From: Marsupella aquatica
Lineage: Eukaryota; Plantae; Marchantiophyta
Assembly: GCA_973895155.1 (NCBI GenBank)
Contig: OZ316895.1
Coordinates: 1,815,094-1,879,093 of the forward strand
DNA: 64,000 nucleotides
Direction: 5' to 3'
Positions 13,367 through 26,657 of the stretch are shown here, piece after piece. Both the position numbers and the translations under genes were made by a program. Each line of letters starts with the position of its first letter. Positions within the stretch are counted from its first letter, which is position 1. The notes beneath the pieces were generated by a model. The model saw only the letters and a list, made by a program, of their open reading frames with translations, searched no databases and was not told the origin of the DNA.

Positions 13367-14050
13367 ATGTGTCTCCGTGGGATCGAGAAGACGGCGAGTT
13401 CTTGGTCTTCTCTTCTGCTGTAATCAGGTCTCCCTAATTATGCTACAACACCGCACAAGCAAACTACAACTTGGACTGTTTCTGACTCGAACATAAATTC
13501 TAAGAGTGTTTTCACCCAGCCCTTTCGAAAACTAACCAGTCCCCCGGGAATCCCTTCGAGTCTGGTGAATTAAAGCTCCCTTGAACAGCAAAACTAGCCG
13601 ATTTCTCTAGATGAGAACTTGAAGAGCCGGCAAAATCGAAGGATAAGAAAGCTGGAGGAAAACCAACGCCAGGCAGTACGAGAAGGTGACAAGTGTGACG
13701 GGTTATGACGGGCAAAGCAGACACACCGGACAGCTCCATTTTCATCAGGGCAGCAGCTGTCTGTGCGAGCGAGCACTTCAGGGCCAGACAAGCTACAAAC
13801 AAACAGGCCACCACCGAACCATGCCCTGATGCCCGCCCCAGCAACAGCTGCAGACAGTACCGGGATTGCACAAATATAGTGCTTTGTCAACGAGATCTGC
13901 ATCTTCCGAATACCAGCACACCACCAGTCCGCCAGCAGAACCAGGATTCATCCCGTGACGGGTGATTCGGCGCACCGCATCCGGATATCTGGACAATTCC
14001 AGCACTTTCGCGGATAGTAGTATTATTACTAATTGTTCGTCTCAAATCGC

Positions 14051-14540
14051 ATCGGTATCGGAGTATCGGAGTATCGGAGTATCGGACCGAGTCGTGTGGC
14101 CGCGCCTTTACGTCTCTGTTCGACGTTCCCACGTGCCGGTTGCATTCAGTCTCGAAACACTATTTTATTCACTTTCCAAGTGTGCAGCAAGGCGTCCTGG
14201 GCTCCAGTAGGATCCACGTGTAGCTCGATGCGACCCAAAAAGCGCAAGACGGCAAGAGCGTTCCGCATTGTCATCACACAATGATTCTCTCGACCTCCCT
14301 CATTGGCTCATTCCCCATTCGAGAAAGCGAGCGACCACTTACCGCGCCCCGCCATGCCCCGCCCCGCCATGCCCCGCCCCGCCCAGCCCGGCTGGTTACT
14401 TGCTCCCAGCGCAGGTGGATCCATGGAGGACGTCTTCTTGGCGGGGGTCTAGCTTCCATGGAGGACCTCTACTAGTTTACTTGGCGGGGGTCTAGCTTCC
14501 ATGGAGGTACTAGTTTACTTGGCGCGGGTCTAGCTCCACC
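14051..14540. repeat. Cluster of short tandem repeats upstream of the Sec14 gene
   Basis: (GTATCGGA)x4 at ~14056-14087; GCCCC/GCCAT pentamers at 14344-14390; three copies of TTGGCG(G/C)GGGTCTAGCT.. at 14437-14540. Confidence 0.85.
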
Positions 14541-15878
14541 TCTGAGGTTTCACCAGCTGCCGTGCTGCCTGCATGCGGACCAATCAAAGAAAAAAGCAGG
14601 TTGGACTAATTAGTACTCCGTGTGTTGCACCGGCCATCTTTTGTGGGCAAAAATTTGTCAATCATGTACCTCAAAAGGCTAGTGATACTAAGGCTGAATT
14701 TTATTTTTTTAATTGTTTCATTCCTCACCACCTAATGCACTAATGTTTTTTAAAAATTATGTATCATTCGCCACCACCTACCGTAGTGCACGTTGGGAGA
14801 GAGTGTTAGCCAATAAATACTCTACAATAATCAGAAAATATTGTATAATAATACATAATAAATACTCCATAATCAGTGCTTGTTTGTAAGGTAAAATAGT
14901 AATCACCTTGGCAAATGTTTTAAAACAAGGAATAAAATGGCTACTTTAGTGTGCACCAGAGTGACTAGAGGCGATAAAAGGGGGGCCGTCCCATGTGACA
15001 TCAGAGTGACTATAGGTGATGGAAGGGGGGCCGGGTACCTAATGTCGACGCACAATCTGCAGAGTCAAGTCCACACAAGTCATTATTGCTGTATTATTTT
15101 TGTGAGGGCGGTGATTGCCTCAAAGCGTCTACGAGGGAAATAGGAGGGAGCTATCCAATGTTTGATTTAAATTTACTCCATAATTTATGGGGAGCCGTTC
15201 GATCTTATCTAATCTTGAGTATTCAGATCTTAGAAATCTGATATATTGAGCTTCAACTCAACGTGAATTAGGGTGAATTTACTTTACCGTTCTCCTCAAG
15301 TTTTCTTTGCATCACGCCATTCCATGCAGGAGCGAAGGTTTTGGTGAATATGGTCGACAAAAGAATACCTGGCCCGGACTGTGTTACAGACAGTGTTAGG
15401 TTGACGAACTACTGAGCACAGTAAATAAAAATGATTGAACAAAAGATTGGCTAGAAACCTACAAGCGGAACTTTTAGCCTAATGAGAAAGACTAATTTGA
15501 TTAAACTTTTCTTTGATAGTTATCAACCTTTGAGCTATTAGTATATCTTAATTTTCATCTGAATATTTCTAATTCAATTCTATAGTGGACTCCCTTATTT
15601 TTCCCTAGTACAAAAATTTCAGAAGCCTTGCAGCAGATGAGTAAATTAATGTGAACGGTCCAACAATTTTCTTTCCAAGGCAAGTAGTGGATAGCTGGGA
15701 TGATCCAAATCCATATAGAACCTGTCCAAATAAACATTAAATTAAAAACTATAGTACAAGTGCCCGCCACTTTTTTAATAGTGATAGTCTTCAAAATATG
15801 TGCCAAAAGAAATTAAAAAAAGCAAACCTAGAAGGGTAATGGAAAACCCCCTGGAAAACAAACCAAAGTAAAAACTGG

Positions 15879-17081
15879 GAGATATATGCTTGATGGGTCC
15901 CTTGGTGAAACTTGTTTATTTGATTGGGTCCCCATGAAACTTTTTTTTACCACTGTACATTTGTTCTTGTGTGGTATCTACTATGTATAGTTAACCACAC
16001 CCGTTGCCTTGTAGTGAACTGTGCTCCCAAGCCCAGTCCACCACGCTTGTTGTCACAATCTACAGTGCCTAGTCCAACACGCGGGTCACTGTAGTCTATC
16101 ACAGTTCATTGAAACGGGCAACAATGCCATTACCACAGGAGTCGACAGGGTAATGCCTGAAGACACAATGGATTACGTCTTCCCGTGTTTCAAGGTTTAG
16201 GGTTTAGGGTGTACCCCGACACCTTCAGGTCTGTCTTCTTTTGAAATTTTTTGTATGCATTGCGCAAGGGAGTATCGTCATTTTTTGAGCGTATTTGTCG
16301 ATCATTTGTCAATTTTTGTCAAGGCGGCAGTGAGTGAATTCCGAATATTGAACTTGAATATTCACTGTGGACATTTGGAGCGGGATTTGGAGGTACTTTG
16401 CACTAACGCTGACAGTCATGCATGAAAACATTGTTAAAAACCCGTGTGCACTGCGTGAAAAGCATATCTAATGTCTACCCCACTATACCGTAAAAATTTG
16501 AACCCGAAGACATAATCCATAATTATTGTATTCAAGTCGTGGTTTGGGCAGCGGCAACCGCTTTTGCGGTTCTCCCACATCATCCTCGCTGTTTCATCTC
16601 TTTCTCCCACATGTTTCTTCGACCATGTAAGAGTGGCCTCTCGCACGGTCCAATAGTCACAAAAAAAACCCGTACAAGCAAACCTAATGACTACCCCACG
16701 ATCGGTCAAATTTTGAATCCGAAGACGTAATGCATATTGTCTTCAAATCAAAGTTTTGGCAACGGCGGCCACTTTTTGCAGTTTCTCCCGAATAATCTTT
16801 GCGGTTTCTCGGTCGATCATGCAGGATCGGCCACACAGTCCAACCGTGTAGTTTGCCTGGAGTCATGGTTGACCATAGTCTTTCTGGAAAACGTGGTTGG
16901 TTACTCCATGAAGGAAAACCCTGTTCCAATAACTCTGATAAGAACATCCGACAGAGAATACTGACAAAGGGGCTTATTAGGTAAAAAAAAGTTACCTAGA
17001 GGGGTCTATTAGGTAAGAAAATTTACCTAGGGGCCCATCGGATAAGAAAAGGTTCACCCAAGGCCATCAAACATATATCTC
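15879..17081. mobile_element. Non-autonomous TIR DNA element, probably Mutator-like
   Basis: Imperfect TIRs: left GAGATATATGCTTGATGGGTCCCTTGGTGAAACTT, right (reverse complement) GAGATATATGTTTGATGGCCTTGGGTGAACCTT. ~30 bp subterminal repeats at 16969-17060; internal ~225 bp direct repeat (16494 vs 16708). Flanks AAAAACTGG / AAAAATTGG resemble a degraded 9 bp TSD but are offset by 3 bp. No transposase. Confidence 0.6.
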
Positions 17082-20000
17082 TAAAAAAATTGGAAATGAA
17101 ATAATCCTTTTTGATACTCCACTTGATAATCTTCATCATTGTACTTGCAAGTACAATATTACCCAGCCTTGATCTCCTCATGGTACTTGCAAGTACACTC
17201 AGGTCCCATTCGAATGCACCTAATATTTACACAGGGTGAATTACCAACAGGGCTGTATGCTTCTATATTTTCTTGGTATTCCACTGCCCCAATGTACTCC
17301 CCATGTGGCATGCAATACAAGGAGAGCATACTTGCCCTTCCCCTTGGTATCCCTGGGGAATGAGTACATTCTATAAGAACAAATATAATTGGCACAGTTC
17401 AATATATATTTAATGGATGCAATAGCAAGGGGATAGGGGGCAAAACTACTCTTGGCCAGGGTGGCAGGCTTTAGGGTGCATATATGAGAAGACAACCACA
17501 TATATATATGACAACATAGTTTACATAAGGTCATTTTTTGTGTAACAATATCTTTTACTCAAAGACATATTTTGCGCAATGTCATCTTTTACACATCAAC
17601 ATCTTTTGAACAACATAATCTAGTCACATCTTTTGTGCAACAATATATTTCACTATGTGACAAGCAACATGACTAAACTAGGTCATCCATGTTCCCTCTC
17701 CTTCCTGGACTCGCTGTCTTTCGACTTCTCCAACTAGCTACCCCTGGTGACCCTACCCCTCTACCTGGTGAGTAGCCTTTCTGAATCACATTGAATCAGT
17801 AAGTTGTCATGATTGCAGGGAGACACCTAATAGTTAGAGTCCTTGAAAAAACAAATTCCTTGATTGGACCAACTATTTAGTTTACCCGCCAGGTACTTAC
17901 TTATCGATTTGGGGAAGGTGTGAGATGATTTGAAGGGTCGCAATTTGATGAGGGTATAATTAACTGTGTAGATGGACTTTCGCTAGAAGGTGAATTCGCA
18001 AAAGGTATGTCCTGATGATGCCAAGGGCAGGGCTCTGGTCTAATACCCTCCATTACAAATGAAAGCAGGTCCGATCAAAAGACTAAATCATGATCGTGAG
18101 AGTTTAAACAATAAAATATAATGTTGCCCCATGAGTGGACCAAACGGACTGAAAAATCAAAGACTACTGTACAAGTGTAAATGACAAAAAGTAAGCAAAC
18201 CTCATCAGTGTGAAAATTTGCAAAAGTGTCCATTTGGTGGAGTCTGAAATCAGGATCCCTAGCTATTCCTAGGCCATACTTTATTCTGATAAATCCTTCA
18301 TATCTGCGTGGGTAAGAGAAAGCCCGGACACACAATCGTCAGGTGATACAATGGTTCAAAATCAATAAACTGAATGAACATAAGAGGGCACGCGTTTCAC
18401 CTGGCCATAGGGAGACCAACTTTATGTTTCCATCTTGATTCCCCACCTTGAACTTCCCCAACCACAGATATTTTCTACGGTAGGAGAACGAGTGACAAAT
18501 AGGGATGGGACACTTCACGTCAGGGACGACGAATCAGTGTCCGACATCATTCTCTTGTGGGTGGGTGGGTAGGTGGATTCAGGCGGTTTGGGGCAAAACT
18601 GAGGAAGGGGGACTATACCATCGTGGGAAAGGGGACTTTTAGGAACTCGCGGACCAATTTGTGGGAGGCGAATGATGAGACTTTGGCGTGACATTAACAA
18701 AGGGCGTGCCGGGACCAAACTTTCTCATAAACATTTTGCACCATCTGCGTGGGGGAATTGACGGGAGTCTACTGCTGTGTGGCTGACTACAACTTCGCGG
18801 GACGAATTTGATGTATAGACTTGACCGTCTCGCTGGGTACTTCTTGGGAATCTGAGAGATCGACGAGATGCTGGGGCTGTGGACTCGGACTCCGTCTCGG
18901 GCAGCAGACTGAGGATTCCTCACAAAGCTTTTTAGTCCTCGTTGATTTCTTTCCTGGATTTAATGCCTCTTGTTCCCTGGATTGCTTTGGTTTTTCTTGT
19001 TAGTTTGATTTGTTGGTTTCGATTGCACCAGTTTACTCATGAGAAAAGTAAACCAAAGGCAGCCCTGCCTTCGGTCACTTTTGTAGTGGTTTACGCCCAT
19101 CGTGGTTGAATGTCTTCTTTGCTCCTTTCTGCGTGCTTGCGCGCGGTGTCTAAGGCGCCTATCACTTGTTCTCTCAAGTCCCTCGTCATGACCCAGTGTT
19201 GTTCCACATTCAATCGATGGCCTCACCTTCTTGCTCCTACGATCGTCTGGTAGATGGTGCAAGTGAAAAGTCCCTGATTAGAGGGTTGCATTGGTTTTAA
19301 AACCTATGTTTACAGGTTATTTTGACAAAAGCAACGATGAAGATTCTAGTGAAAGCACAAGATAGCGAATGCACGAATTAGATCTTATCGAACTAGTTGC
19401 AGTTAACTGGTAATGGTTAACTTTGGGCTCTCCTTCACCTACCTTGGCCTCATTTACTATAGAAAGCAATTTGTTGCAATAGCACGGGAAGTACAGCGCG
19501 AGCAGGGCAGCGAAGAGAAAGGAACCAGTCCTGGACCCAAGCAGAAGTGGCAACAGAGGATCCTAGCTCTTAACTCTTACTCAACACAGAATGAAACAGA
19601 AGAAAGAGAAGTTAGTACTTTTCTTTCTTTCTTTTTCTCTATTTCAGAATCCTCACGCTCTGCAAACCTCGTAATTATCCTTCTCGTTGTTTCCAAAGCC
19701 CCATCTTTCGTCCAGTCGAATCATTTTCTCTGCCAAGTGGGAACGGTACTTGAAGATCCTTCCACCTCCAAATCGAGTTCAACAACAAAGGAAAGAAAAC
19801 ATGTTTGTAGGCTAGTAAGTAAAAATGCTCAAGGTTTGCCACTGATTGGAAGCTTGCACAGGACCGGTTTACAGTAGCTTGTACGGCTGATTCTAGAAAC
19901 CAATTGAACATCCTTATGTGAACCACTTTCCATTCAATCAATGTCCTGAAAACGATGTTTGGATATTCATGCTCGCACTCTCCTGTTGTCTCTGCTATTT

Positions 20001-21979
20001 CACTTTTGGAATTGCTCGGACAGCCAATCTAATCTCCCATTTTTCCGATCTATACTGCTGCTATAATTTAGACTCTTTTGACTTTGGCAGCTGGACATTC
20101 CAGAGTGTGAGGTAAATTGGAGTGGATCAAGAATGAGATTTGCGGATTTCTGATAGTGCAACTCATCAGGTCCAGCTTAACTACTCGTTTGTGACTAGCA
20201 CGATTGAAGAATGGTTCGAAGACACATCAATAACATCATTGCTAATGATCATTTTGTGCAGCTGAAGAGAAACAGCTCCTGCGAATGAATAGAATTGACA
20301 ATTCAAGATGCCACAAACTAATGCAAAACTTTGGAAACATATGGATTTGCGAGTTGCTGCATTTTTTTGTTGGAGGAAAGCAACTTTGGAGGGTGAGAAA
20401 CCTTGTTGTGTCTCGAATGCAAATTTAATTATCAAATAAATTCCAATACAAAAGGTAAATACAGGCTCCGCAACCAGATATATCGCCATGATGTCAGCAT
20501 GCACATGGCAGATCCTCCAGACTAGTGATACCTAAGTAGTACGAAGTCTGTTGCAAAAGCTGGCAAACAACGACAAATAATGTATTTCAGTAACTTCAGC
20601 GCTCATAAGCCAATAGGAACTAAATCCATCTGGTAAACCAACTCGATCAGAATGTCCAGCATTCTATTAAAAGCTAGAGATGCACTTTGACGGCGTGAAA
20701 CTGAAGTACTTATATATAAAAGTGTGTTCCCAGCACACACTATCGTTCCTACTATCTAAGGCAGCTATCCTGAGTGCATAGGAATAACTGGAGGCAAGAA
20801 AATTTTTAATCTCGTTGGCTTGAAGCAAAATGAAGATGAGTGGCATAGAACTATTCCGAACTGCTGTCCACAACTTGCTCCTTGGCTCACTGAAGGTCAC
20901 CGGCTCCTTCTGTCCTCCATAACATTTATGTTAGCATCGGGGTTAGCATACGAATCTAACGAGCATGAGAAATTGGGAGGGCCATCATAACGCAGGTACT
21001 TCATAAGAAGCTTATGTTTATCCCCAAGCTATGTACAGTAACGGTCCTACAGCAAATAAAGATAAACCTTGCATCAAACTTTATCTTAATCCTTTTTAAA
21101 ATCTCATTGGCGGGCATTGTTTTTTTTTCAAGTATTTGAACACACCAATGGAGTAAGATCCTGTGATGCGGAACTGGATGCCGAAATGTATCATCACGAC
21201 TGTCTTTGCATTTAATCGGCTTCCAGGCTACCTTCTTCAATGATTATGAAATGCAGGTTGTCCCGATTTGAACGGAGTTGCGTGAGTGGCCCGTGGAAGA
21301 CTTAAGATTCGCTTGTTAATCAAACTTGGTAGAACTTTGAGACTTGATCATTGATTGGCTAGCTAATTCGAGCAAAATATTCCAATGTCGAGAATCGTAG
21401 CTTAAGACTGAACGAACTCTTGCTTGCTCCACTGCTGGAAATTGATTTGCATAAAAAAATCCGAATGCAAAGCAATATTAATTGGTAGACTCCTTGAAAA
21501 CCGGATCCAAGATTTTAATTGCAGGTTACAAACTTCAAAAACTGCTTGGTTTTTTGCGCTCACATGTTCTTAATAATCACAATTTTTCATCGTGGTTTTG
21601 GGGTTGGATGCAGATAGTTTTACTCAGTTGAATTATACAATATGTGACCTTCATACCGACAGAAAGAACTTTTGGGATACGGTGAATTGATAACATATTT
21701 CTCCGAGCACAACGGAGAATGAAATTCCGGAAAATCCCAAGTTTACGACGATAGCTGATAATAAGTGCGACGCGTGACATTTTTACACCTCAACCATTAT
21801 ATGAAAAGAAGGGCTAAGAAACCTGGCAAGGCTCAGTTGCCAAACGAGTGGAGGACTTTCGTGTGGACCTTCTACCCTGCTTCAGATATTGAAGTCCTCA
21901 AGGAAGATCATGAAGCACAGGTCCTATCAGTTGCTCTAACTCAATGACACAGAGTTGAAGGGTTCACAACCTTAACGTA

Positions 21980-22300
21980 TTTATAAAATTCTGGATCCTG
22001 GAAAGAGTTATCTATGTCTATCTTTGATCTAAAACGATCTCCAGTCAGTCGTTGAAAGTACTCTCTGTCAGTTCAAGTTTTGACACAATGACTCCAACAG
22101 TTACACAAGTCTTAGCTATTCTTTATAAGATTCTGGATTCTGGAAAGAGTTATCTATGTCTATCTTTGAATTCAAACGATTTCCAGTCAGTGGTTGATTA
22201 CAACGGATGTGCAATCGCCACTGGAAAGCTTTCAGGAAAGTACTGTCTGGCAGTTCAAGTTGTGACTCAATGACTCCAACAGTAACACACGATTTAGCTT
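21980..22300. repeat. Diverged local tandem duplication (~130-190 bp unit)
   Basis: ATTCTGGAT(C/T)CTGGAAAGAGTTATCTATGTCTATCTTTGA and CAGTTCAAGTT.TGAC.CAATGACTCCAACAGT each occur twice. Confidence 0.8.
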
Positions 22301-25298
22301 CTTGGGCAGAAACTTACCGTGACGCAGCGTTCGAATGAAATTCAGATTTATGTCATGCTGATCATGTGTCATTTATAATTCGTAAATCAGTTCTCACTCC
22401 CTCATCGTGTCTCTTCTTCACCGTTTACGGAGGTGATCTTGATTATCTACATCCTCGGGCGAATAGAAACCTCGACACACTCCAGATAATGTGTGATCAC
22501 AACAAACATAATCGGGTGCTTTACAGATAAGCACATGTCAAAACCAGGGCCCTAACCAAACTTGTGTGGTCACAATAGACTGAACTAATATCTAGGGTTC
22601 ATACCATTCTGACGATATGTTCCGACAATAGGTTCTAGGGGCCATTTTGGGGACACAACTAAAGCGTACCTAATAGGGTACATAGACTATGGGGAGTAAT
22701 CAAATGTAAAAACTCCCCGCAACAAGGAACAATCTGCAAATTATGGGAGCCTGTAAATTTTGGATTAAAATGTTGGAGAGGCTCCTCAATTTCAGTCTAT
22801 CCCTATCTACAGGATATCTCCATGAATATTCTTTTAGAAGTGCATCAGGTTTTAACGCTTACAGTTTTCTTTTTTACATTTTTGAAAACTCAGGGAGTGC
22901 TGCATATTTTTTGGCCATCTCCCTCCAAACTTAAACCCGGACTGCTGTGAGACCGCCTGCATGTTATGTTTATGATCCCCTATTACAACTTCATTGGAGC
23001 TTCGGGCCTGGGAAAGATGCATGCTCACACATCCTGCCAAACTTTGACCCTGGCATAGGCCTGGCAAACAGTGCACATGCTCTTACACCCTCTTAAATTG
23101 CTCCCATGTGCAACTCAATAGTGTCTTGGAGCATCAGTCACGCTGCTACTAGAGATCACTATGTATCACTCTGCTGCAGAATAAAAATGCCAAATTAGAA
23201 GACAAGGTACTAAAGGCAAAACAACCCAATAAAGGGAAAGGAAAAGCAACCCAATAAAGAGAAAGGAGAAAGATAGGCCAAAGGGGTCAAACAAAGGCAT
23301 AAAAGTCCCCCCCACAACAACCAAGGAACCAAAAAAATTGAAGAACCGATTAACAGTAGCACACGACGAGAGCCCAGAGGTCATCCTACTGGGCAACAAA
23401 CTGAAAGGCCTGGTACAGACGAGTGGTAGACATTGAATGCCAAAGAAAATAGGCTGTATCTCGGACATTTCTAGCGAATGTTCTATCTGATCCTACGTAA
23501 ATGCTAATTGCCTTGTTTATGAGTGAAGAAATCCGATTGCACTTTTTCCCGGTCAGGCACCCGGTCCGAAGACTGAGGTAGACATATATACCTTCACCCG
23601 AATAAGTTTGGAAACTATCCAATGAGAGAAGACCTCCAGACAACCACGGTAGAGCTTTATGGCTGTTGGTAACAAAGCTTGTGTGATCGGAGCCATGAAT
23701 TGTAATAGCTGATGGTTGGGATCACAAAGAAATGTACGGATATTCCCTCGATTGATGCGTTTTCGAAGGATTACAAATCTGAGACTAAACCAACACCAAC
23801 CAACCACGACTGTCAAAAATGACACCTGGAGAAAGTACGGACGATGGATGCTGTATAGTTCCTGTGACCTGTGAGTTACCTAACACAGACAAAATGCCCT
23901 GCTCAACCTGTTTGTCGTTGTTATACAATGAGACCTGCCAAGCAACCATTCATTTTCTTGTGTTTTAAAATTGACCAAGGCGGTGACTAGCTCTCTGAAA
24001 CAGGCAGGCACTTTAAGGTACGGTAAGGTACGGATAGTAAGGAAATCTAGTTATGGAGTATTGATAGTTAGTTATAATACTTTCTGGCAAATGCTCCCCA
24101 TTCTGCATTCTATGGTGACAAATGACGCAATTTAAAATAAAAAATTAGTCTCTAAGTATCATTTGCTTGCCTAGTTTTCAGGGTAGGGATTGGCAAATTT
24201 TAGCCTACTAAAAAACTGACTGGTGCCAAGTGTAGGGGCTCGGTTACACCCATTTCCTTGCACTGATATCACATTGGAATTACTCAGTGAGTGTTATAAA
24301 TTAACCAGGGTGAGAAGACAGACCACTTGGTCACAAAAAGATTGAAGCAATCTTCCTTGTCACTGTATTCTTCTACTCCATACCACCCCTAAAGACATGA
24401 CCACGGCACCCTTAACACTTCCCACACACTGTATGCTACATTCAGGTCCCAATATCGGTCTTCACTTGATCCAGCTAATCACATTGCAGGTACGTATTGA
24501 GAACTTTGCACGTAATTTGCAACTATAAGGATTCTTATAAGTGTAATTCTTCAAACACATGGTTGGACTAATTGGTAACTTCATATGTTTCAGTTATCCA
24601 GAAATTGCAATTATCAGTTAGGCTTACCCAAAGAAAGTTTGTCTTATTTGTGGAACATTTTTTGCACTAATCAGGTACTGAGAGAAGCTGGTGCACACTT
24701 TTGTTCCATAAAAAGCTTGTTAGTGATTGAGTGTACACATAAACTCAAGGAAGCATTCCTAATGATCATTTTGTAGGAAACAGATACAGTAGGCTGATGT
24801 TGGTTACATTTTATGACTTCAATAGCAACGTCAATGGTGTGTTCTGGCTTGTAGTCCTTGAGGGTGTCCGTTTTGAAATGTTTTCCTTTGCCCAGCACTA
24901 TAGTGTGTACTAGAGGCTTATAACCCTTTCCAGATATTTCTCGTTCAGAAAAGTAAGTTTGCAAGGGTTATCCTTCACCAAAGATTGCAAGTACGTTGCC
25001 TGGCTTACACTCTTGGGTTGCGTTTCCTTTTCAGTATCCCCCAGACAAAAAACAAACAATTCTGCATTTCTCTAATCACCAGATTTGCAAGCGAATTACC
25101 TTGCCTGCACTCTATGGTTGGGTTTCCAATAGAAAACAATTCTGCATACAACAGGCTCATCCTAAAAAACTTTGTAGTTATTTTGTCCAACCTGTAATTT
25201 CCTATAGTGCTTTGTCCATCCTGTAACTTCCATTAGTTATTTTGTCCAACCAATCCAGCTTCTCACTCATATGACCACTTAGAGAGGGAGATACAGGA

Positions 25299-25632
25299 GG
25301 GCATCTCACATATGGCCAGTTGCGGGAAATTTGAGCGCCTGGGAGTATCGGCGCCCGGGCCTGCAGACAGGACTGGTCGGGCACCGATTGTGGTGCCCAA
25401 CCAGTCATGCCCGGGACAGTTACACTGGAAATCCCCGCCCGACTGCGATTAGCCCTTCATGCAAAACAGCACAGGGAGCAGCATCTCGTCGACTCTGCGG
25501 CATCTTCACCCGTGACCCATCTCAGAATTGACTACCCCAAAATTTCTTGGCCCGCATCAACACTATCGCAGTGCGCCCGACTTGGTCTCGAGTCGCCCGT
25601 GTTTGAATTTTTTTTCCATAATTGAGACGCCC
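25299..25632. mobile_element. Tourist-like (PIF/Harbinger) MITE
   Basis: TIRs GGGCATCTCACATATGG / CCATAATTGAGACGCCC. Right flank TAA is the canonical Tourist TSD; left flank is GGA and does not match. Internal 15 bp stem-loop at 25371-25406. Confidence 0.6.
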
Positions 25633-25924
25633 TAATAAATGTCTCCTCCAATGAGATAGAGGAGAGCAAAAAGCTACCTCTAAGCCTTTGTTTTGCGTTT
25701 TCACCATGGCAATCTCACTTCCCCCGTGTGACCTTGCATAATAATTATAACGAGAGTAGGAAATGCACGATTATTGAGTGACGATTGACGCTTGCCGCAT
25801 GACCCCAGATCCCCATCGGTCGTCCGTAAACACGACATTACTGCCGTTAACCTGTACCAATCACCTGACCCGTTATCGAGTGCGGATCTGAACAATCGAT
25901 GGCTCAAAGGAAAAGAAATTGCTG

Positions 25925-25932
25925 GGATATTC
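25925..25932. promoter_or_regulatory. P1BS (PHR1-binding site, GNATATNC) upstream of SQD2
   Basis: GGATATTC, ~730 bp upstream of the SQD2 ATG. SQD2 is a known phosphate-starvation-induced gene. Confidence 0.5.
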
Positions 25933-26472
25933 TCCACGATCCTTGGAAAAATCCTCAGTCTCCAACCAAAACCCAAAACGCTGCCAGTCCGCCAGGGTTT
26001 GCCGTCACGACAAGCTAACCGCGAAACCACGGCCATATGAGGCAGGCCCATTATCCCGGGTCCCAATAGTTTTAATCTTCACCGTTGAACTGATCCCCGA
26101 ACGGCTCCGATAAGAAGATACGGAATCAATTCTTAATTTCGTGGTCTCCTGGCTACGCGCGATAACGAGTGCCTGTGTTCCAAAGTTTCTGCGCGGAGGA
26201 TTGACCTGAACCGTCGATCTTCATTATCGCGGTGTATTCAGGAAGATTCTGAGGATATTACTTGAAAGCGCTTATTGAATGTCGTATTTGAGGGCAAGAT
26301 TCTACAGTATGATGCGAGGCAGTCTGTGGTAGTCAGTACGGAAGAAGAACGAGCGGAAAGGAGATCCAATTGCGGATCCCGGAGAATTTCCTCCGAAATG
26401 CTGTCCAGAGCTTGCTTTTCCATTGAATCGTAGGGATGGAGAGGGGAGGCTGGCGATTGGGAAGAGCGCTTG

Positions 26473-26480
26473 GAATATCC
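26473..26480. promoter_or_regulatory. Second P1BS (GNATATNC) in the SQD2 5' region
   Basis: GAATATCC, ~180 bp upstream of the ATG, probably inside a 5'-UTR intron (acceptor-like TTGTAG ending ~26571). Confidence 0.45.
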
Positions 26481-26657
26481 ACAGGAGCACAGGCTGGAAC
26501 GGGCGCGAGAAAGTAATCTGCAAAGGAGGAAGAAGAGGCAGAGTGGAGTTCACAAATTTTTGCACTTGTAGGTTTTCGTCGAGGGTGGCGTGAGCTGGGC
26601 CAGGATTAAGATTGCCGAGAGTGGTCATAAAAAATAAAGGTAGTGCATACATCGATC

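Noticed and set aside
13512-14210. Several overlapping 70-120 aa ORFs upstream of Sec14
   Set aside because: GC-rich leader/promoter sequence with non-ATG starts and no protein-like features; a conserved uORF cannot be supported.
14437-14540. Repeats with short variable spacers that superficially resemble a CRISPR array or Helitron 3' ends
   Set aside because: Eukaryotic context, no unique spacers, no cas genes; palindromes are too short and no Helitron 5' end was identified.
16196-16209. TTTAGGGTTTAGGG telomere-like motif
   Set aside because: Only two units, inside a TE; not an interstitial telomere array.
18500-21300. Possible exon fragments (ORF 19413-19877, micro-exon-like 20091-20111, Cys-containing stretches at 20260-20930)
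   Set aside because: I could not assemble a consistent spliced frame or recognise a family. Possibly a TE relic; needs a homology search.
25176-25252. AGTTATTTTGTCCAACCTGTA resembling a Tc1/mariner TIR with TA, repeated about three times
   Set aside because: No convincing partner TIR; GGTTGGACTAATT at ~14599 and ~24561 match only partly.
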